Notes: generated by a model from the letters alone, not told the origin. 64,000 nt of DNA from a virus (IMGVR_UViG_3300031949_001696); one strand, 5' to 3'; positions 1-10,554 are shown, counted from the stretch's first letter. Program-made: numbers and translations.

Positions 1-29
1 CAACGCCACGGAGAGTGGACAAGTGTCTT

Positions 30-1146
30 GTCTCGGTCGTCAACCAACCGAGCAAGTACGATCACCTTCTGCTGTCGTCTTGGCCCGGGAACACCATGCC
101 GGTCTCGGTCGTCAACCAACCGAGCAAGTACGATCACGCTCGTGCGCCTGCGATAAGACGCCTCTCGTACGCAGTCTCGGTCGTCAACCAACCGAGCAAG
201 TACGATCACCCAGCCGGATTGAGAGTCAGAAAGCTGACCCTGAAGTCTCGGTCGTCAACCAACCGAGCAAGTACGATCACAATCACGGTTACAACTGGGT
301 CAGCCCGCGTACGATAGTCTCGGTCGTCAACCAACCGAGCAAGTACGATCACCACGGGGTGGGTGACGTCGATACTCGCCGCGCTGGTGGTCTCGGTCGT
401 CAACCAACCAACCGAGCAAGTACGATCACATTCGGCATCAACCTGCCGACGCTGCAAGAAGCCGAGTCTCGGTCGTCAACCAACCGAGCAAGTACGATCA
501 CACCGCCCGGTCGTCTCGTACCGCACCGCTAGATCGTGTCTCGGTCGTCAACCAACCGAGCAAGTACGATCACGACCGAAGACGTTGGTGGGTACCTTCG
601 CGTCGCGTAGTCTCGGTCGTCAACCAACCGAGCAAGTACGATCACAACCGATGCGCTGCGGATCCACGAGGGCTTTCGCGAGTCTCGGTCGTCAACCAAC
701 CGAGCAAGTACGATCACACCCGCACACGGGCGAAGATGTCGGCGAGGTACTGGTCTCGGTCGTCAACCAACCGAGCAAGTACGATCACTCGCAATCTCGT
801 CGCCAGCGAGGCGCCGTTTTCCTGTCTCGGTCGTCAACCAACCGAGCAAGTACGATCACTTCGCGCTGCTGTGGCGTTCGGGTCGCTCGCAGCGTCTCGG
901 TCGTCAACCAACCGAGCAAGTACGATCACGCAACGTCACGCCTTCGCCGGGCGGCGGTTGGGACGTTGTCTCGGTCGTCAACCAACCGAGCAAGTACGAT
1001 CACGCTGGCGGGCAGAGACACCTCTGCCTTGGAAATCTGGTCTCGGTCGTCAACCAACCGAGCAAGTACGATCACCCCTCCATGCTCGTGGCCGCGTCCT
1101 CGACCTCCGGGTCTCGGTCGTCAACCAACCGAGCAAGTACGATCAC
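30..1146 (-). CRISPR. CRISPR array 1: 16 repeats of 36 bp (+ strand GTCTCGGTCGTCAACCAACCGAGCAAGTACGATCAC; crRNA sense GTGATCGTACTTGCTCGGTTGGTTGACGACCGAGAC), 15 complete 34-38 bp spacers; probably continues beyond the window start
   Basis: Near-identical repeats about every 72 bp separated by unique spacers. On the minus strand a 3' stem-loop (CTCGGTTG-GTTGA-CGACCGAG) is followed by AC. It lies 64 bp downstream of the minus-strand Cas12-like gene. One repeat (~390-429) has an extra AACC. Confidence 0.98.
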
Positions 1147-1210
1147 CGTCTTCAACTATTCAGTTGTCATCTCGCAATCTTATACAGCTCGATCGCGAGC
1201 ACCTACCGTC
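1147..1210 (-). promoter_or_regulatory. Putative CRISPR leader of array 1
   Basis: Relatively AT-rich gap between the cas12 stop codon and the first repeat. It shares GCTCGC, TAAGATT and TGACAACT motifs, in the same order, with the region upstream of array 2. Confidence 0.6.
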
Positions 1211-3517
1211 TCAGCGTTGTTTGCCGAGCGCAGCAACGGCGTTAGATCCCGCAACCGAGCGCGATGCCTTCGGTTTGACGGGCGCAAGTACCTGCGGGGC
1301 AGGTGTCGTCGGCACGGGCGGCACCGGTCCGTTCGAGTGACCGTGTCGATGCAGGAGGTTGCGGCACGCGTTCGCGTCCTGATCCCAGGTCTGACTGCAC
1401 GACGAGCAGGTGTGCTCGATCGCGGCTTTCGCGTCGAACACCTCGATCGAAGTGCACCACGCGCATTCGCGCGTCGAGTCCGCGGTCTCCTCGACCTCGA
1501 CGCGGGCACCGCGCTTGGGGGCGGCTTTGATGATCTCGGCGCGCAGCTCGCCCGGCGCGGCCAGCCGGCTCATCCGGCGTTGCTCTCGGCCCTCGGACGG
1601 GTCGCCGTCCTCGGGCTCTGGGCGCTCCCAGCCGTCGATTTCAGTTAGCTTCATCGTACCCCCGACCGATCCGCCGCCACCGCCCGCGTGGTCCGGGGAT
1701 CGGTTCGCACCGCCCTCAATCAAGATCATCGCGTAGGTATTCGTCAGCTCGGCGGCAAGCACGCGCCACGTCTCGCGACGGTGGGCGATCAGCCGATCGC
1801 GCTGGTGCTCCTGCCAGTTCTGGAGGTGGCGATCATGGCGCGCCCACGCCTGGAGTGCGGCGAGGATCTCGCTGTCGCCGGTGATCCTGTTCGCCTTCGA
1901 GCTGAAATCCGACGGGTTGCACTGCTTCTTCCCCGCAGCGCGCGCGGTACGCCAGGCATCCCAGTCGATCCCGGTCCACGCGTCGACGAGTGCCTGGAGC
2001 TTGCGCGGCGCGCGCCACTGCGCGAGGCCGGCGAGGCGATCTGTCAGGCCTGACGGCGTCTCCCGGTCGCGCAGCCACGTGACCAGCCGATCGCGTGCGG
2101 TCTCGAATTCCTTGTCGCGGGTTCCCGCCAGGTCGTAGACCTTGTCCATACCGAAGAGGAGCTTGTTCGGCACGCGGATCTCGCGCTCGCGCCCCGTGTC
2201 GTCGACGAGATAGCCGACGCGTAGGCCGATCTGGTTACCCTCGTCGTCGAACAGCCGCCGCCAGCTCAGGTCGATCGCGCATGCGCCCGTGCCGATCGCG
2301 TCCGGGCACGCGCGGAAGATCTCGCTCTCGATCGTGACCTGAAACCGCCACTCGTAGTGGCGGCCAACGCGCTTGCGCACGACGTACGCCCATTTGATCA
2401 CGGCGTCCTTCGGCAGTGGCCGATGAAGAGTGACCGGAAAGCGCGCGAAGATCGGTGATCGATCTGGGTTAGAGCCGACGCGGAGGTCGACGTATGTCCG
2501 TGCCGCGTGACGCCGTAGGTTGCGCGAGAGTTGAGGGACAGCTGCCCACGCCTCCTCTCGTGGCGGATGTTTAACTGCGCGGGAGCCGGGATCTTGCCGC
2601 GACAAGAGCTCGGGGACGGTGTCTCGATCGTCATCGTCACCTGATCGAGCAAAGATTTCGACTTCTGGACGCGGATGTTTGTCGCTCGCTCCAGGAGCAT
2701 GGATGCGAAGACGAGGATCCATGCACGAGAATGCCTCACGCACCGTCATGCCGCCGATGACCTGCGTACCGATCGATCCGGTACCGTCGCAGCGCTTGAA
2801 GTGCGGCGGATGCTTGGTCGACGCCGCGGCCTGCTTGAGCGCGGTTTCGACGCGGTCGTAGGTCCCGGTGCGCAGTCCTCGCGCGGAGTAGTCTGCACGG
2901 GAGGCGAGCCGCTTGGCGTGGGCTTGATCCCTCGCGTTCTGGTAACCCGCCGCGAGGGCGAGATCTGGTTCTACGGATTTGTGCAGTGCCGCGAACAACG
3001 TGCGCTTGGCCGCACTTAACTCGGCCTTGATCCGTTCGTGATCCTCCTTGGAGATCTCCGGATCCTTGAGGCGGCGCATCCTCGGACCGATCTCGGGATG
3101 CGCGAGAAGCACGTCTTGGAGATGCGCTCCTTGCGCGCGCTTCGCCTCGCGCAGATCGGACGCGAACAGCGCGCGAAGCTCCTTGGCGGCAGCGAGGCGG
3201 AGACGGTGCTCGGTCAGGTCGGGATCTGCCACGCCCGACTTCGCGGCGCGGAGGTCCTCGTACGCGTTTCCGACGTCGCCGTCCGCGCCCTCGTAGAGCT
3301 GGAGTGCCTTGCCGATGATCGGATGATCGAGTTGGACGCCGCGGAAGTGCTCTCGAAGGCGGATCTCGATCTCGACGAGGGCGTTGCGGTACTGCCCCGC
3401 GAGCCAGAACTGATCTTCGACGCGCTTGCCCTCGGTGATCGGAGGCAGGCAGCGGTACGAGTAGATCCGGGTGGGAACGTCGGATGTCTTCTTGCGGCGG
3501 GCGCGTGGCATTGACAT
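1211..3517 (-). CDS. cas12m: Type V CRISPR effector, Cas12m/V-U1-like (TnpB superfamily), ~768 aa, canonical RuvC D-E-D triad
   Basis: Motifs match Cas12m from memory: N-terminal YSY..P...EDQFWLA..YRNALV, HFKRCDGTGSIGTQ, VTLHRPLP, RuvC-I AIDLSWR, QWRAPRKL, RuvC-II ILIEG, AAPGELR, zinc finger CAWC..CSSC and RuvC-III WDQDANACRN. Directly adjacent to a CRISPR array. Start is probably ATG 3517 or 3511 (the ORF track extends to 3553). Confidence 0.85.
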   Translation of the reverse strand: MSMPRARRKKTSDVPTRIYSYRCLPPITEGKRVEDQFWLAGQYRNALVEIEIRLREHFRGVQLDHPIIGKALQLYEGADGDVGNAYEDLRAAKSGVADPDLTEHRLRLAAAKELRALFASDLREAKRAQGAHLQDVLLAHPEIGPRMRRLKDPEISKEDHERIKAELSAAKRTLFAALHKSVEPDLALAAGYQNARDQAHAKRLASRADYSARGLRTGTYDRVETALKQAAASTKHPPHFKRCDGTGSIGTQVIGGMTVREAFSCMDPRLRIHAPGASDKHPRPEVEIFARSGDDDDRDTVPELLSRQDPGSRAVKHPPREEAWAAVPQLSRNLRRHAARTYVDLRVGSNPDRSPIFARFPVTLHRPLPKDAVIKWAYVVRKRVGRHYEWRFQVTIESEIFRACPDAIGTGACAIDLSWRRLFDDEGNQIGLRVGYLVDDTGREREIRVPNKLLFGMDKVYDLAGTRDKEFETARDRLVTWLRDRETPSGLTDRLAGLAQWRAPRKLQALVDAWTGIDWDAWRTARAAGKKQCNPSDFSSKANRITGDSEILAALQAWARHDRHLQNWQEHQRDRLIAHRRETWRVLAAELTNTYAMILIEGGANRSPDHAGGGGGSVGGTMKLTEIDGWERPEPEDGDPSEGREQRRMSRLAAPGELRAEIIKAAPKRGARVEVEETADSTRECAWCTSIEVFDAKAAIEHTCSSCSQTWDQDANACRNLLHRHGHSNGPVPPVPTTPAPQVLAPVKPKASRSVAGSNAVAALGKQR

Positions 3518-3540
3518 CCTGTTAGCTGTTTGATAGACGT
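3511..3540 (+). promoter_or_regulatory. Putative sigma70-type promoter TTGACA-N17-TAGACG(T) for the RHH gene, overlapping the cas12 start codon on the opposite strand
   Basis: Perfect -35 TTGACA at 3511-3516 with 17-nt spacing. Almost the same element (TTGACA-N17-TACACGT) precedes the RHH gene of CRISPR locus 2. Confidence 0.55.
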
Positions 3541-3552
3541 TTTGCAAGACCA

Positions 3553-3717
3553 ATGTTTGAACCGAAGCGATCCAGCCGAGAGAGCCTAGCCAACTACATC
3601 GGCGCGCGCGTGACGAACTCCGAGGAGGCGTGGCTGCGCACCGAGATGAAGAAGCGGAAGCTTACGATGAGTGACTTGATTCGTCTGGCCCTCGGCCGAC
3701 TCAAGGAAAAGGTGTGA
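3553..3717 (+). CDS. Small ribbon-helix-helix (CopG/MetJ-like) DNA-binding protein, 54 aa (absent from ORF track)
   Basis: Manual translation MFEPKRSSRESLANYIGARVTNSEEAWLRTEMKKRKLTMSDLIRLALGRLKEKV: beta strand (YIGARV), helix, then a T-MSDLIR helix. Divergent from cas12. Confidence 0.7.
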   Translation: MFEPKRSSRESLANYIGARVTNSEEAWLRTEMKKRKLTMSDLIRLALGRLKEKV

Positions 3718-3724
3718 ATGCCCA

Positions 3725-4762
3725 GTGACGAAGCTCCTTACACGCAAGCAATTCAGTGATGGGTGTCTCGCACGTGATCGTCATCGTTGCGTGATGTGCG
3801 GTAGCACCGACAGCATTCATGTCCATCACATCGTCGAACGAAAGCTTTGGCCCAATGACGGTTTTTTCCTCGACAACGGCGCATCGGTCTGCGAGCCCTG
3901 CCACCTCCGAACCGAGTCAACGGAGATCTCGTGCGACGAGCTGAGGAAGCGCTGCGGCATCGACCGCGCGCACCTGCCCGATCACTTCTGTCCCGATGAA
4001 GTTATCGACAAATGGGGCAACATTCTCCTGCCTAACGGCCAGCGGCTGCGCGGCGAGCTGTTCGACGACGAGGGAGCGCAGAAGATCCTCGCACCCGTGC
4101 TCCATCTGTTCACGTCACGCGTGAAGTACCCGAGGACTTTTCATTTACCGTGGAGCCCAGGCAAGACGAGCGACGATCGGACGATGGACGACCCGGACGC
4201 AGCGTTCGGCGGTGCTGAGATCGTCGTGACCGAGAAGGTCGACGGTGAATGTTCGACGCTTTATCGCGACTACCTCCACGCGCGAGGCATCGACTACGCG
4301 TCGCATCCTTCGCGTGATCGTCTGCGCGCACTCCACGCCACCATCGCCCACGACATCCCTGAAGGATGGCGCGTGTGCGGCGAAAACATCTACGCCGTGC
4401 ATTCGATCGCGTACGACGCGCTCCCCGCGCACTTTCTGGTGTTCTCGATCTGGAACGAGCGAAACGAGTGTCTGTCCTGGGACGAGACGGTCACGTGTGC
4501 GCAGCTCCTGGGCCTTCACACTGTTCCTGTGATCGCGCGCGGGACGTGGAACGAGGAGCACGCGCGCCTCTCCGACGGCGAGGCCAAGAGTCAGCTCGGC
4601 GGCGATCGCGAGGGCTACGTCGTTCGCCTCGCGGGGGGCTTCCATTACCGCGCGTTCCGGCGATCTGTCGCCAAGTACGTTCGCAAGAATCACGTCCAGA
4701 CCAACGATCACTGGAAGACGCAGGCGGTGGTCGCGAACAAGCTGCGAGAGATCGCACCCTGA
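3725..4762 (+). CDS. HNH endonuclease domain fused to ATP-dependent RNA ligase domain
   Basis: N-terminal RD.HRCVMCG...HVHHI...DNGASVCEPCH (HNH). C-terminal KYPRTFHLPWSPG, TEKVDG (motif I KxDG), GEN, REGYVVR and KYVR. Confidence 0.85.
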   Translation: MTKLLTRKQFSDGCLARDRHRCVMCGSTDSIHVHHIVERKLWPNDGFFLDNGASVCEPCHLRTESTEISCDELRKRCGIDRAHLPDHFCPDEVIDKWGNILLPNGQRLRGELFDDEGAQKILAPVLHLFTSRVKYPRTFHLPWSPGKTSDDRTMDDPDAAFGGAEIVVTEKVDGECSTLYRDYLHARGIDYASHPSRDRLRALHATIAHDIPEGWRVCGENIYAVHSIAYDALPAHFLVFSIWNERNECLSWDETVTCAQLLGLHTVPVIARGTWNEEHARLSDGEAKSQLGGDREGYVVRLAGGFHYRAFRRSVAKYVRKNHVQTNDHWKTQAVVANKLREIAP

Positions 4763-4807
4763 TGAACGTCAGCGCACCTGTATGGAATGCGTATATACTG
4801 TTTGCGC

Positions 4808-5020
4808 ATGGCCGACAACGTCATCAAGATGAGCGTGAATCTTCCAACCGACGCCGTGAAAGTGTTGAAGAAGTTGGCCAAGAAGCGGGGATGCACGATG
4901 ACGGAAGTACTGCGGCAGGCAATAGGCACCGAAAAGTTCATCGAAGACGTGAACGAAGCTGAAGGCAAGGTTCTCGTCGAGGACAAGAGGGGCCGCGTTC
5001 GGCAGTTGGTTTTCAAGTGA
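4808..5020 (+). CDS. CopG-family ribbon-helix-helix protein
   Basis: KMSVNLP...LKKLAKKRGCTMTEVLRQAI pattern. TATACT -10-like box just upstream. Confidence 0.75.
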   Translation: MADNVIKMSVNLPTDAVKVLKKLAKKRGCTMTEVLRQAIGTEKFIEDVNEAEGKVLVEDKRGRVRQLVFK

Positions 5021-5871
5021 CTCTCCCAACGCACGTCGAAAACTTGCTCGCCAAAGCGCGCTGGCGACAAGAACTCAACAAGCGCGGCTACGAAGGAAGG
5101 CTACCCGTGGCATCTGAGCGTCTCGCAGAAGCACTTCGCACGGAACTCCGCGCGATCCTTGATAACGACGGCAAGCCGTTCGATCTTCAAGTTGCGCGGC
5201 ACGTCTACGACTTCGCGATCGCTGCAAAGGACTTGCTCACGGTGTCCGTGAAGACCGTCGAGGACGCGATGCGCGTGGTCGCCGACAACAACGGAGCCAT
5301 GGAATCCTTGACGGGAGCCGGCGATCCGCTGCCCCCCGAGGTCGCGAGCGAGACATTCGGTGCGCGCATCATGCGAGAGCTATTCGCCTTGATGCCCTCG
5401 GTCCTCCGCAAGAACAACGAGGATCCACTCGCGATCGTCGCCGCGATCGCCGACGCGCGCGAGCGCGGGATGCACGACGTGGCCGCCAAGCTCGAACAAA
5501 GGCTACTCGGCACGCCGCTCGAGCCGCCTAAGGTCACGATGACCGAGGTCGTCGACGACAGCTACGAGCACGGTTTCATCGACGGATCGATGCAGGACAA
5601 CTTCGACCGCGGCACCATCAACGGTCACGTGGCACGCGATCTGCGGCAAGCGTCGCCAGCATATCGTGAGGGCTTCGAGGCCGGACGAGAGCGTCGCGCG
5701 CTCAAAGATGCCGTCCCGCCGCCGGCTGTCACGCCATCGTCCATACGCGGAGTTGATATCTGCGCGGGCTGCGGCAATCGCGAATGTTTCAATGTCTGCT
5801 GTCATCCGTCGAACAAACTGCGTGCGTCGTCGAACGGGCAGCACAGCCTGCCCAATGGAGACTCGCCGTGA
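5017..5871 (+). CDS. Hypothetical protein
   Basis: Long ORF with GTGA overlaps at both ends within a + strand operon. Confidence 0.7.
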   Translation: MTLPTHVENLLAKARWRQELNKRGYEGRLPVASERLAEALRTELRAILDNDGKPFDLQVARHVYDFAIAAKDLLTVSVKTVEDAMRVVADNNGAMESLTGAGDPLPPEVASETFGARIMRELFALMPSVLRKNNEDPLAIVAAIADARERGMHDVAAKLEQRLLGTPLEPPKVTMTEVVDDSYEHGFIDGSMQDNFDRGTINGHVARDLRQASPAYREGFEAGRERRALKDAVPPPAVTPSSIRGVDICAGCGNRECFNVCCHPSNKLRASSNGQHSLPNGDSP

Positions 5872-6740
5872 GGGCCTGGTATGTGCCGAGCTGGAACGGC
5901 GATTTCCGGCTCACGCCCGGCGACGACGACGGCACGTCCAAGCTCCTCATCATGGCGCCGACGCCGCACGAGACGCAGCTCCTCGCGTCGTTCATGACGG
6001 TGGCACGCAAGAAGAAATGGTCGAAAGAAAAGCTGGCCAAGGACGAGGCGATCGACACTCGAACGATCATCCTTGACGCCCCGCTGACGAAGGTGGGACC
6101 AGCGCTCGTCAAGATCACCAAGCCGGTCGATCGCACGCTGACGGCGGTTTCATTCAAGAACGGACAGCTTGAAGTCGCCGAGACGGGCGCGATCGAGACG
6201 ATCATCGCCAAAGCGGATCCAGAATCTAAGGCCGTCAGCGTCGCGCGGCCGACGCCGTGCTGCCCATCGTGCGTACCCGGCTCCGTCGAGCCCGCTAGCG
6301 ACGTCCTGCTCTCGTTTCTCTCCGATCAGGAGCACGCCGACTGGGCGAAGCATCGCGCGATCATGGTGATGGGTGGCCGATCTGGGCATCGCTACCTGAT
6401 CGCGCACCGCCACTCACGGACGGCGGTGCTCAACCGCAAGATCTGTTACGACGTCGACGACCGCTGCGTGCTGCACTTCCACGACTGGACAGTGCCGCCC
6501 GAAGAAGAGGTCCTCGCGACCAAGCTCATCCTGGAGCACCGCGAGGCGTGGTTGCGCAACGAGGCGACCGTCTTGCAGCAGGACGGCAAGGGCGAGTGGC
6601 ACGATCTTGGTATTATGCGTTACAAGAACCCGTTCGGTGACGCGAGCGACGGCCGGGACGACGCCGCATTGACGGCGCTGCTGGGGGCTGTCCTCGCGGC
6701 GGCCTTCAACGGAGACGTGCCGCGGGGAGAGCGCCGATGA
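5868..6740 (+). CDS. Hypothetical protein
   Basis: GTG start overlaps the previous stop; ordinary globular composition; overlaps the next ATG. Confidence 0.7.
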   Translation: MRAWYVPSWNGDFRLTPGDDDGTSKLLIMAPTPHETQLLASFMTVARKKKWSKEKLAKDEAIDTRTIILDAPLTKVGPALVKITKPVDRTLTAVSFKNGQLEVAETGAIETIIAKADPESKAVSVARPTPCCPSCVPGSVEPASDVLLSFLSDQEHADWAKHRAIMVMGGRSGHRYLIAHRHSRTAVLNRKICYDVDDRCVLHFHDWTVPPEEEVLATKLILEHREAWLRNEATVLQQDGKGEWHDLGIMRYKNPFGDASDGRDDAALTALLGAVLAAAFNGDVPRGERR

Positions 6741-8026
6741 AGCCGCGACTGCCTTCCGTATCGTCGGACGCACGCACCGTGCTGCCTGGGCGCGAAGTCA
6801 CCTATCACGAGGTGCCAACGAAGCCCGAGGTCAAGCGTGACCGTGGGAGCCCTGCGCATGACATGCGGCTGATCGTCATCAACGTCCTGACCGGCGTGCG
6901 TGCGCGCTGGGGTCGACTCTCCGTCACCGACAAACGGAAGATCGTCTCCCACCTGCGATCGGTCGCCGACCTCATCGAGAAGGCGATCGGAGGCGACGCT
7001 CCGTGAAGCCTCCCGCGCCGCAGCGCCTCCTCTGCCAGCGCGTGCGCGACACCTTCCCGCAGCGCGATGGCGTGAAGAGCGGCCTCGATCATTGCTCCCA
7101 GTGCGGGGAGCGCGTACGCGTCGCGGACACGTCGCGCGACGCCATCAAGATCTACGCGCAGGCAGAGATCTGGTGCCTCGACTGTTGCGCCCAAGATCCG
7201 CCGCCGAGCGGCATCGAGTGGGAATACACCGACGCGCAGATCGCCGAGATCGCTCGCGTGACGGGCAAGCCACCTGCTGAGATCGTCGAACAGCTCACGG
7301 CAGTTCTACCGTCGCTACGAAAGCAGAGGCCCCAAGACACATGATCGATCGCGCGACCGGCGAGCAGCTCTATCCGTGCTCCGACTGCGGTGTGCTCCGC
7401 ACGAAGGCGGAGGGCGGCACCGTGTTCACGGTGTGCGACGACTGCTGGGACAAGCATCATCCACCATGCGAGTCCATCGGCGCGAAGCTTCTCTCGGCAA
7501 CGCGCGAGCAGCTGTCCCGAACGTCAACTGTTCAGGCAAGTTCAAAGGCTGAGCGTCAACCGCCCAAGGGGCGCATCATGATCACACCGCGCCCCTTCGT
7601 GCTCGATCCCGGAGAGGCATGCTGGTGCAACCGCGGCAAGGACTGCGACGGTAACCACGAGATCTACCTCGACGAGCCTGTTCACCGCTGCGGGTTTTGC
7701 GGCAAGACGTTCGAGATCAAACCCGACGATCCGCACTGGTCGACCGGCCGGGGACCTCTCTGCCCGACCAGAGGACGCTTGCGTACCTGGCTCACCCAGA
7801 CGGGCCGCTTGAAGTCCGTGCCGCAGTTCGTGTCGCCGCCGAGAACCAAGGACAAATCGTGACGCAGTCGAAGCAAGACGACACGCAAGAGCTTCGCCGC
7901 CAAGCGTTCCGGCTGATCACGCTCTCGTACGCGTTGATGATCGCGATCATCCTCGGCGTGGCTGCCGTGATCGTCGCGCGGACGTTGGCACCTGAGTGCG
8001 TGTGTCCGACCGCGGAGAAGGGGTGA
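6737..8026 (+). CDS. Run of four small coupled hypothetical ORFs (6737-7006, 7003-7344, 7341-7862, 7859-8026), several with CxxC zinc ribbons, the last with one TM helix
   Basis: Consecutive ATGA/GTGA stop-start overlaps and CxxC pairs. Confidence 0.6.
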
Positions 8027-8029
8027 TCG

Positions 8030-8956
8030 ATGGGCATGTACGATACCGTCACGGTTCCCTGCCCTACGTGCGGCGAGAGCGGGGAGTTTCAGTCCAAGTC
8101 CGGTGACTGCAAGCTGGAGACGTATTCGCTGGACGACGCTCCCGACGACGTGCTCCTCGGCGTGAATCGACACACGCGCCGATGCGCTGCCACAAGTGCG
8201 GCACGCGCTACTCCGTCGAAGTCGGCGGATCACGACCGCGTCGGTCGCTCACCGCGCGATCGGTCAAGAATGAAGGGACTCGCGCTGACTCGCGCGCTGG
8301 TGAGCGAGGCGATCGAGCAGGTCTCGTTCGTGAACGCCGTCATCCCGACGAGCGTGTCCACGACACGGAAGCAGCTGCGCGTGCTGATCTCGACGCGTGA
8401 TCGGGACAACGGCTCCGCGATGACACTGCAAGCGGGCTGGAGCTTTCCGCGTGAGGGCGTCTCGACGCGCGAGCACGCGATCTCGTGGGTCGTCGCTTGT
8501 GTGCGCGAGACGTGGGTCCACGAGCTCCACGAGTCGATCTTCTTCGACGGCACGCGTTGGAACGACTTGCACGAACCTGGAATGGCGACGATAAGACCAC
8601 CGCCGCGCGACCTCGCGGATCCTTGGTGGATGTGGAAGGTGCAGCAGGTGCAGCAGGCGCGCTCGGCGCGCGGGCGAGGTAAGGCGAAGGTCCGTCGTGC
8701 CGAGCCGCACTCCCACGAGGAGGCGATGCGTGCCTTCGCGCTGCCGGATGGGTGGACCTGGGAGCCGTCCCCGTTCAAGCAGTCGGCGTGCGTCGTCAAG
8801 GCTCCGGCCGGATCTGCGACGATCGACTTCGCTGAGCGTAGCTTTGATCTCGTCAGTCAAGTGCCGGTGGTCCAATACACGGGCCGGAACTGGCGCAGGA
8901 TGCTCGTCGCGGACGCGATCGAGGCACTACTCGTGCGGATGCCGAGGCACTCATGA
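8030..8956 (+). CDS. Probably two genes: a zinc-ribbon protein (MGMYDTVTVPCPTCG, frameshifted near 8170) and a hypothetical protein from ATG ~8270
   Basis: The second CxxC (RCHKCG) lies in another frame, and CACAC slippage is visible at ~8170. Confidence 0.5.
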   Translation: MGMYDTVTVPCPTCGESGEFQSKSGDCKLETYSLDDAPDDVLLGVNRHTRRCAATSAARATPSKSADHDRVGRSPRDRSRMKGLALTRALVSEAIEQVSFVNAVIPTSVSTTRKQLRVLISTRDRDNGSAMTLQAGWSFPREGVSTREHAISWVVACVRETWVHELHESIFFDGTRWNDLHEPGMATIRPPPRDLADPWWMWKVQQVQQARSARGRGKAKVRRAEPHSHEEAMRAFALPDGWTWEPSPFKQSACVVKAPAGSATIDFAERSFDLVSQVPVVQYTGRNWRRMLVADAIEALLVRMPRHS

Positions 8957-9453
8957 ATGAACCGATCCCTCTCGCGATCAGGGCCGACTTGCCGTGCCCG
9001 TTCTGCGGCGGTCGCGCGGAGCTGCACAAACAGCTGCGTGGCGGACACGAGCCGGACGAGACCGAAGCCTACGCGTACTTCTACATCTGCGATTCCTGCG
9101 CGTGCGCCGGAGGCTGGGGCAAGTCGGAGGCGGCGGCCTTGCGCATGTGGAGCATGCGAGGAAACGTGGCGGACTGGAGATTCTGCCGCGGTGAAGGGTG
9201 TCCGCGCGCCGACCTCTGCCGTCGCCACATGGACGCCGTGAGGGTGAAGGATCCGACCTACTTCAAGAAGGCTCCGTTACTCGTCGACGGACAGTGCGGC
9301 GAGTTCGTCTCGAACGGCTGCATACGAAAGGATCCGAATCGCTGTGGCGGTGCCCATCCGCCTCCGTGCTGCGCCTGGCAGTGCGAGATCGAGCTTCATC
9401 GCTGGGAGAAGCGCGGTGAAGAATGGATGTGGATCGACGGAGGAGTGCACTAG
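8953..9453 (+). CDS. Lar-like (restriction alleviation) zinc-ribbon protein with Cys-rich C-terminus
   Basis: LPCPFCGG.AEL...YIC..C...EAAALRMW pattern typical of the Lar_restr_allev family. Confidence 0.6.
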   Translation: MNEPIPLAIRADLPCPFCGGRAELHKQLRGGHEPDETEAYAYFYICDSCACAGGWGKSEAAALRMWSMRGNVADWRFCRGEGCPRADLCRRHMDAVRVKDPTYFKKAPLLVDGQCGEFVSNGCIRKDPNRCGGAHPPPCCAWQCEIELHRWEKRGEEWMWIDGGVH

Positions 9454-9661
9454 GTGGCCTCGGTGCCCAACCCTGAAAAGAAGTACCGTCTAGCGCGTGA
9501 CGTGTTCGGGCGTTGGATCATCGTCCATCCAGAGCACGCTTCTCGGGCGTGGTCCGGTTCATGCTGGGTTCCTCACTACAGAGGCGTCGGCAAGATCGCC
9601 CAGGTCTCGAACTTCGACACCCGGCCGCCGACGAGACAGCCAGGGAGCAGATCGCGTGACG

Positions 9662-10423
9662 ATGAAGGCCGGTAAGGGCGATATTCGCAGCCAGCACCAG
9701 CGCCGTCGCGATCGCTACCGCGGCTGCCGCGTATGCGGCGTGCGGGGCGAGCACTGCACCGAATGCGATCTCGGGGCACAGATCGTCGCGATCCAGGGCT
9801 ATGCGAGCCTCGCGCTCGTGGTCGACGGCTCGTTCGTGGAGTCCCGGCACGACGATCTCGGTCACGGCGGTGCCGGTCTCGTGCTCGTGTGCAGAGAAAA
9901 AATCCTGGCCTCGCGCGCGTGCGGCTTCCGCGCGTCGAGCAGCTCGGACGCCGAGTTCCACGCAGTCATCCGGGCCAGTCGCTGGGCGCCGGGCGTCGCG
10001 ATCTACACCGACGCGCAGGATCTCCCCAACAAGATCCTTCGCGGAAGTCCCGGGCTCGTCGTGAGCTACTTGCCGCCCCACGAGCGCGGTGAGGCACATC
10101 AGATCGCGCACCGTCTGAGCGTCGAGGGGCGCTGCCGCGAGGCCCCGGAGACGATTCCGGCGCTTGGTATCGAGTTCGCCGGCGCGCGCGGCACCCTTAC
10201 CAAGTCTCAGCGACTCAAGAAGGGCGCGGAGCTGTTGCTCGAACATGCGCGTAAAGATCCTGCCTTCGATGGCGACTTCACCGCGCTCGCCGAGCGCCTG
10301 GGCTGGACGTCGGGTCGGCTCTGGCGTAACAACCCGGCGATCCGGATCGCTAGCGATCGGTGGCGCACGACGACGACGACGACGACGACTACTCCGCCGC
10401 CCTACCCTGAAGAGACTCCATGA
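9662..10423 (+). CDS. RNase H-like protein with N-terminal zinc ribbon
   Basis: VVDGSF...GAGLV, SDAEFHAV, IYTDAQ and AHRLS motifs in RNase HI order. Confidence 0.65.
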   Translation: MKAGKGDIRSQHQRRRDRYRGCRVCGVRGEHCTECDLGAQIVAIQGYASLALVVDGSFVESRHDDLGHGGAGLVLVCREKILASRACGFRASSSSDAEFHAVIRASRWAPGVAIYTDAQDLPNKILRGSPGLVVSYLPPHERGEAHQIAHRLSVEGRCREAPETIPALGIEFAGARGTLTKSQRLKKGAELLLEHARKDPAFDGDFTALAERLGWTSGRLWRNNPAIRIASDRWRTTTTTTTTTPPPYPEETP

Positions 10424-10554
10424 ATCCAGACAACCTCACGGGCTGGGATCTACTGTTCCCTCGTCATCCTCTTCACCACGTCATCTGGCTTCTAACGGGG
10501 CTGCTGCTTGGCTGGATGATTCGATCGTGGTGGATTGGAAGGAAGCGCTAGATC

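Noticed and set aside
15-1340. Long ORFs with periodic peptides (VSVVNQPSKYDH, SRSSTNRASTIT)
   Set aside because: They are translations of CRISPR array 1 repeats, not proteins.
1211-3553. Calling the two effectors IS200/IS605 TnpB transposon genes
   Set aside because: No tnpA or IS ends were seen. The size, Cas12m-specific motifs and immediately adjacent arrays favour CRISPR effectors.
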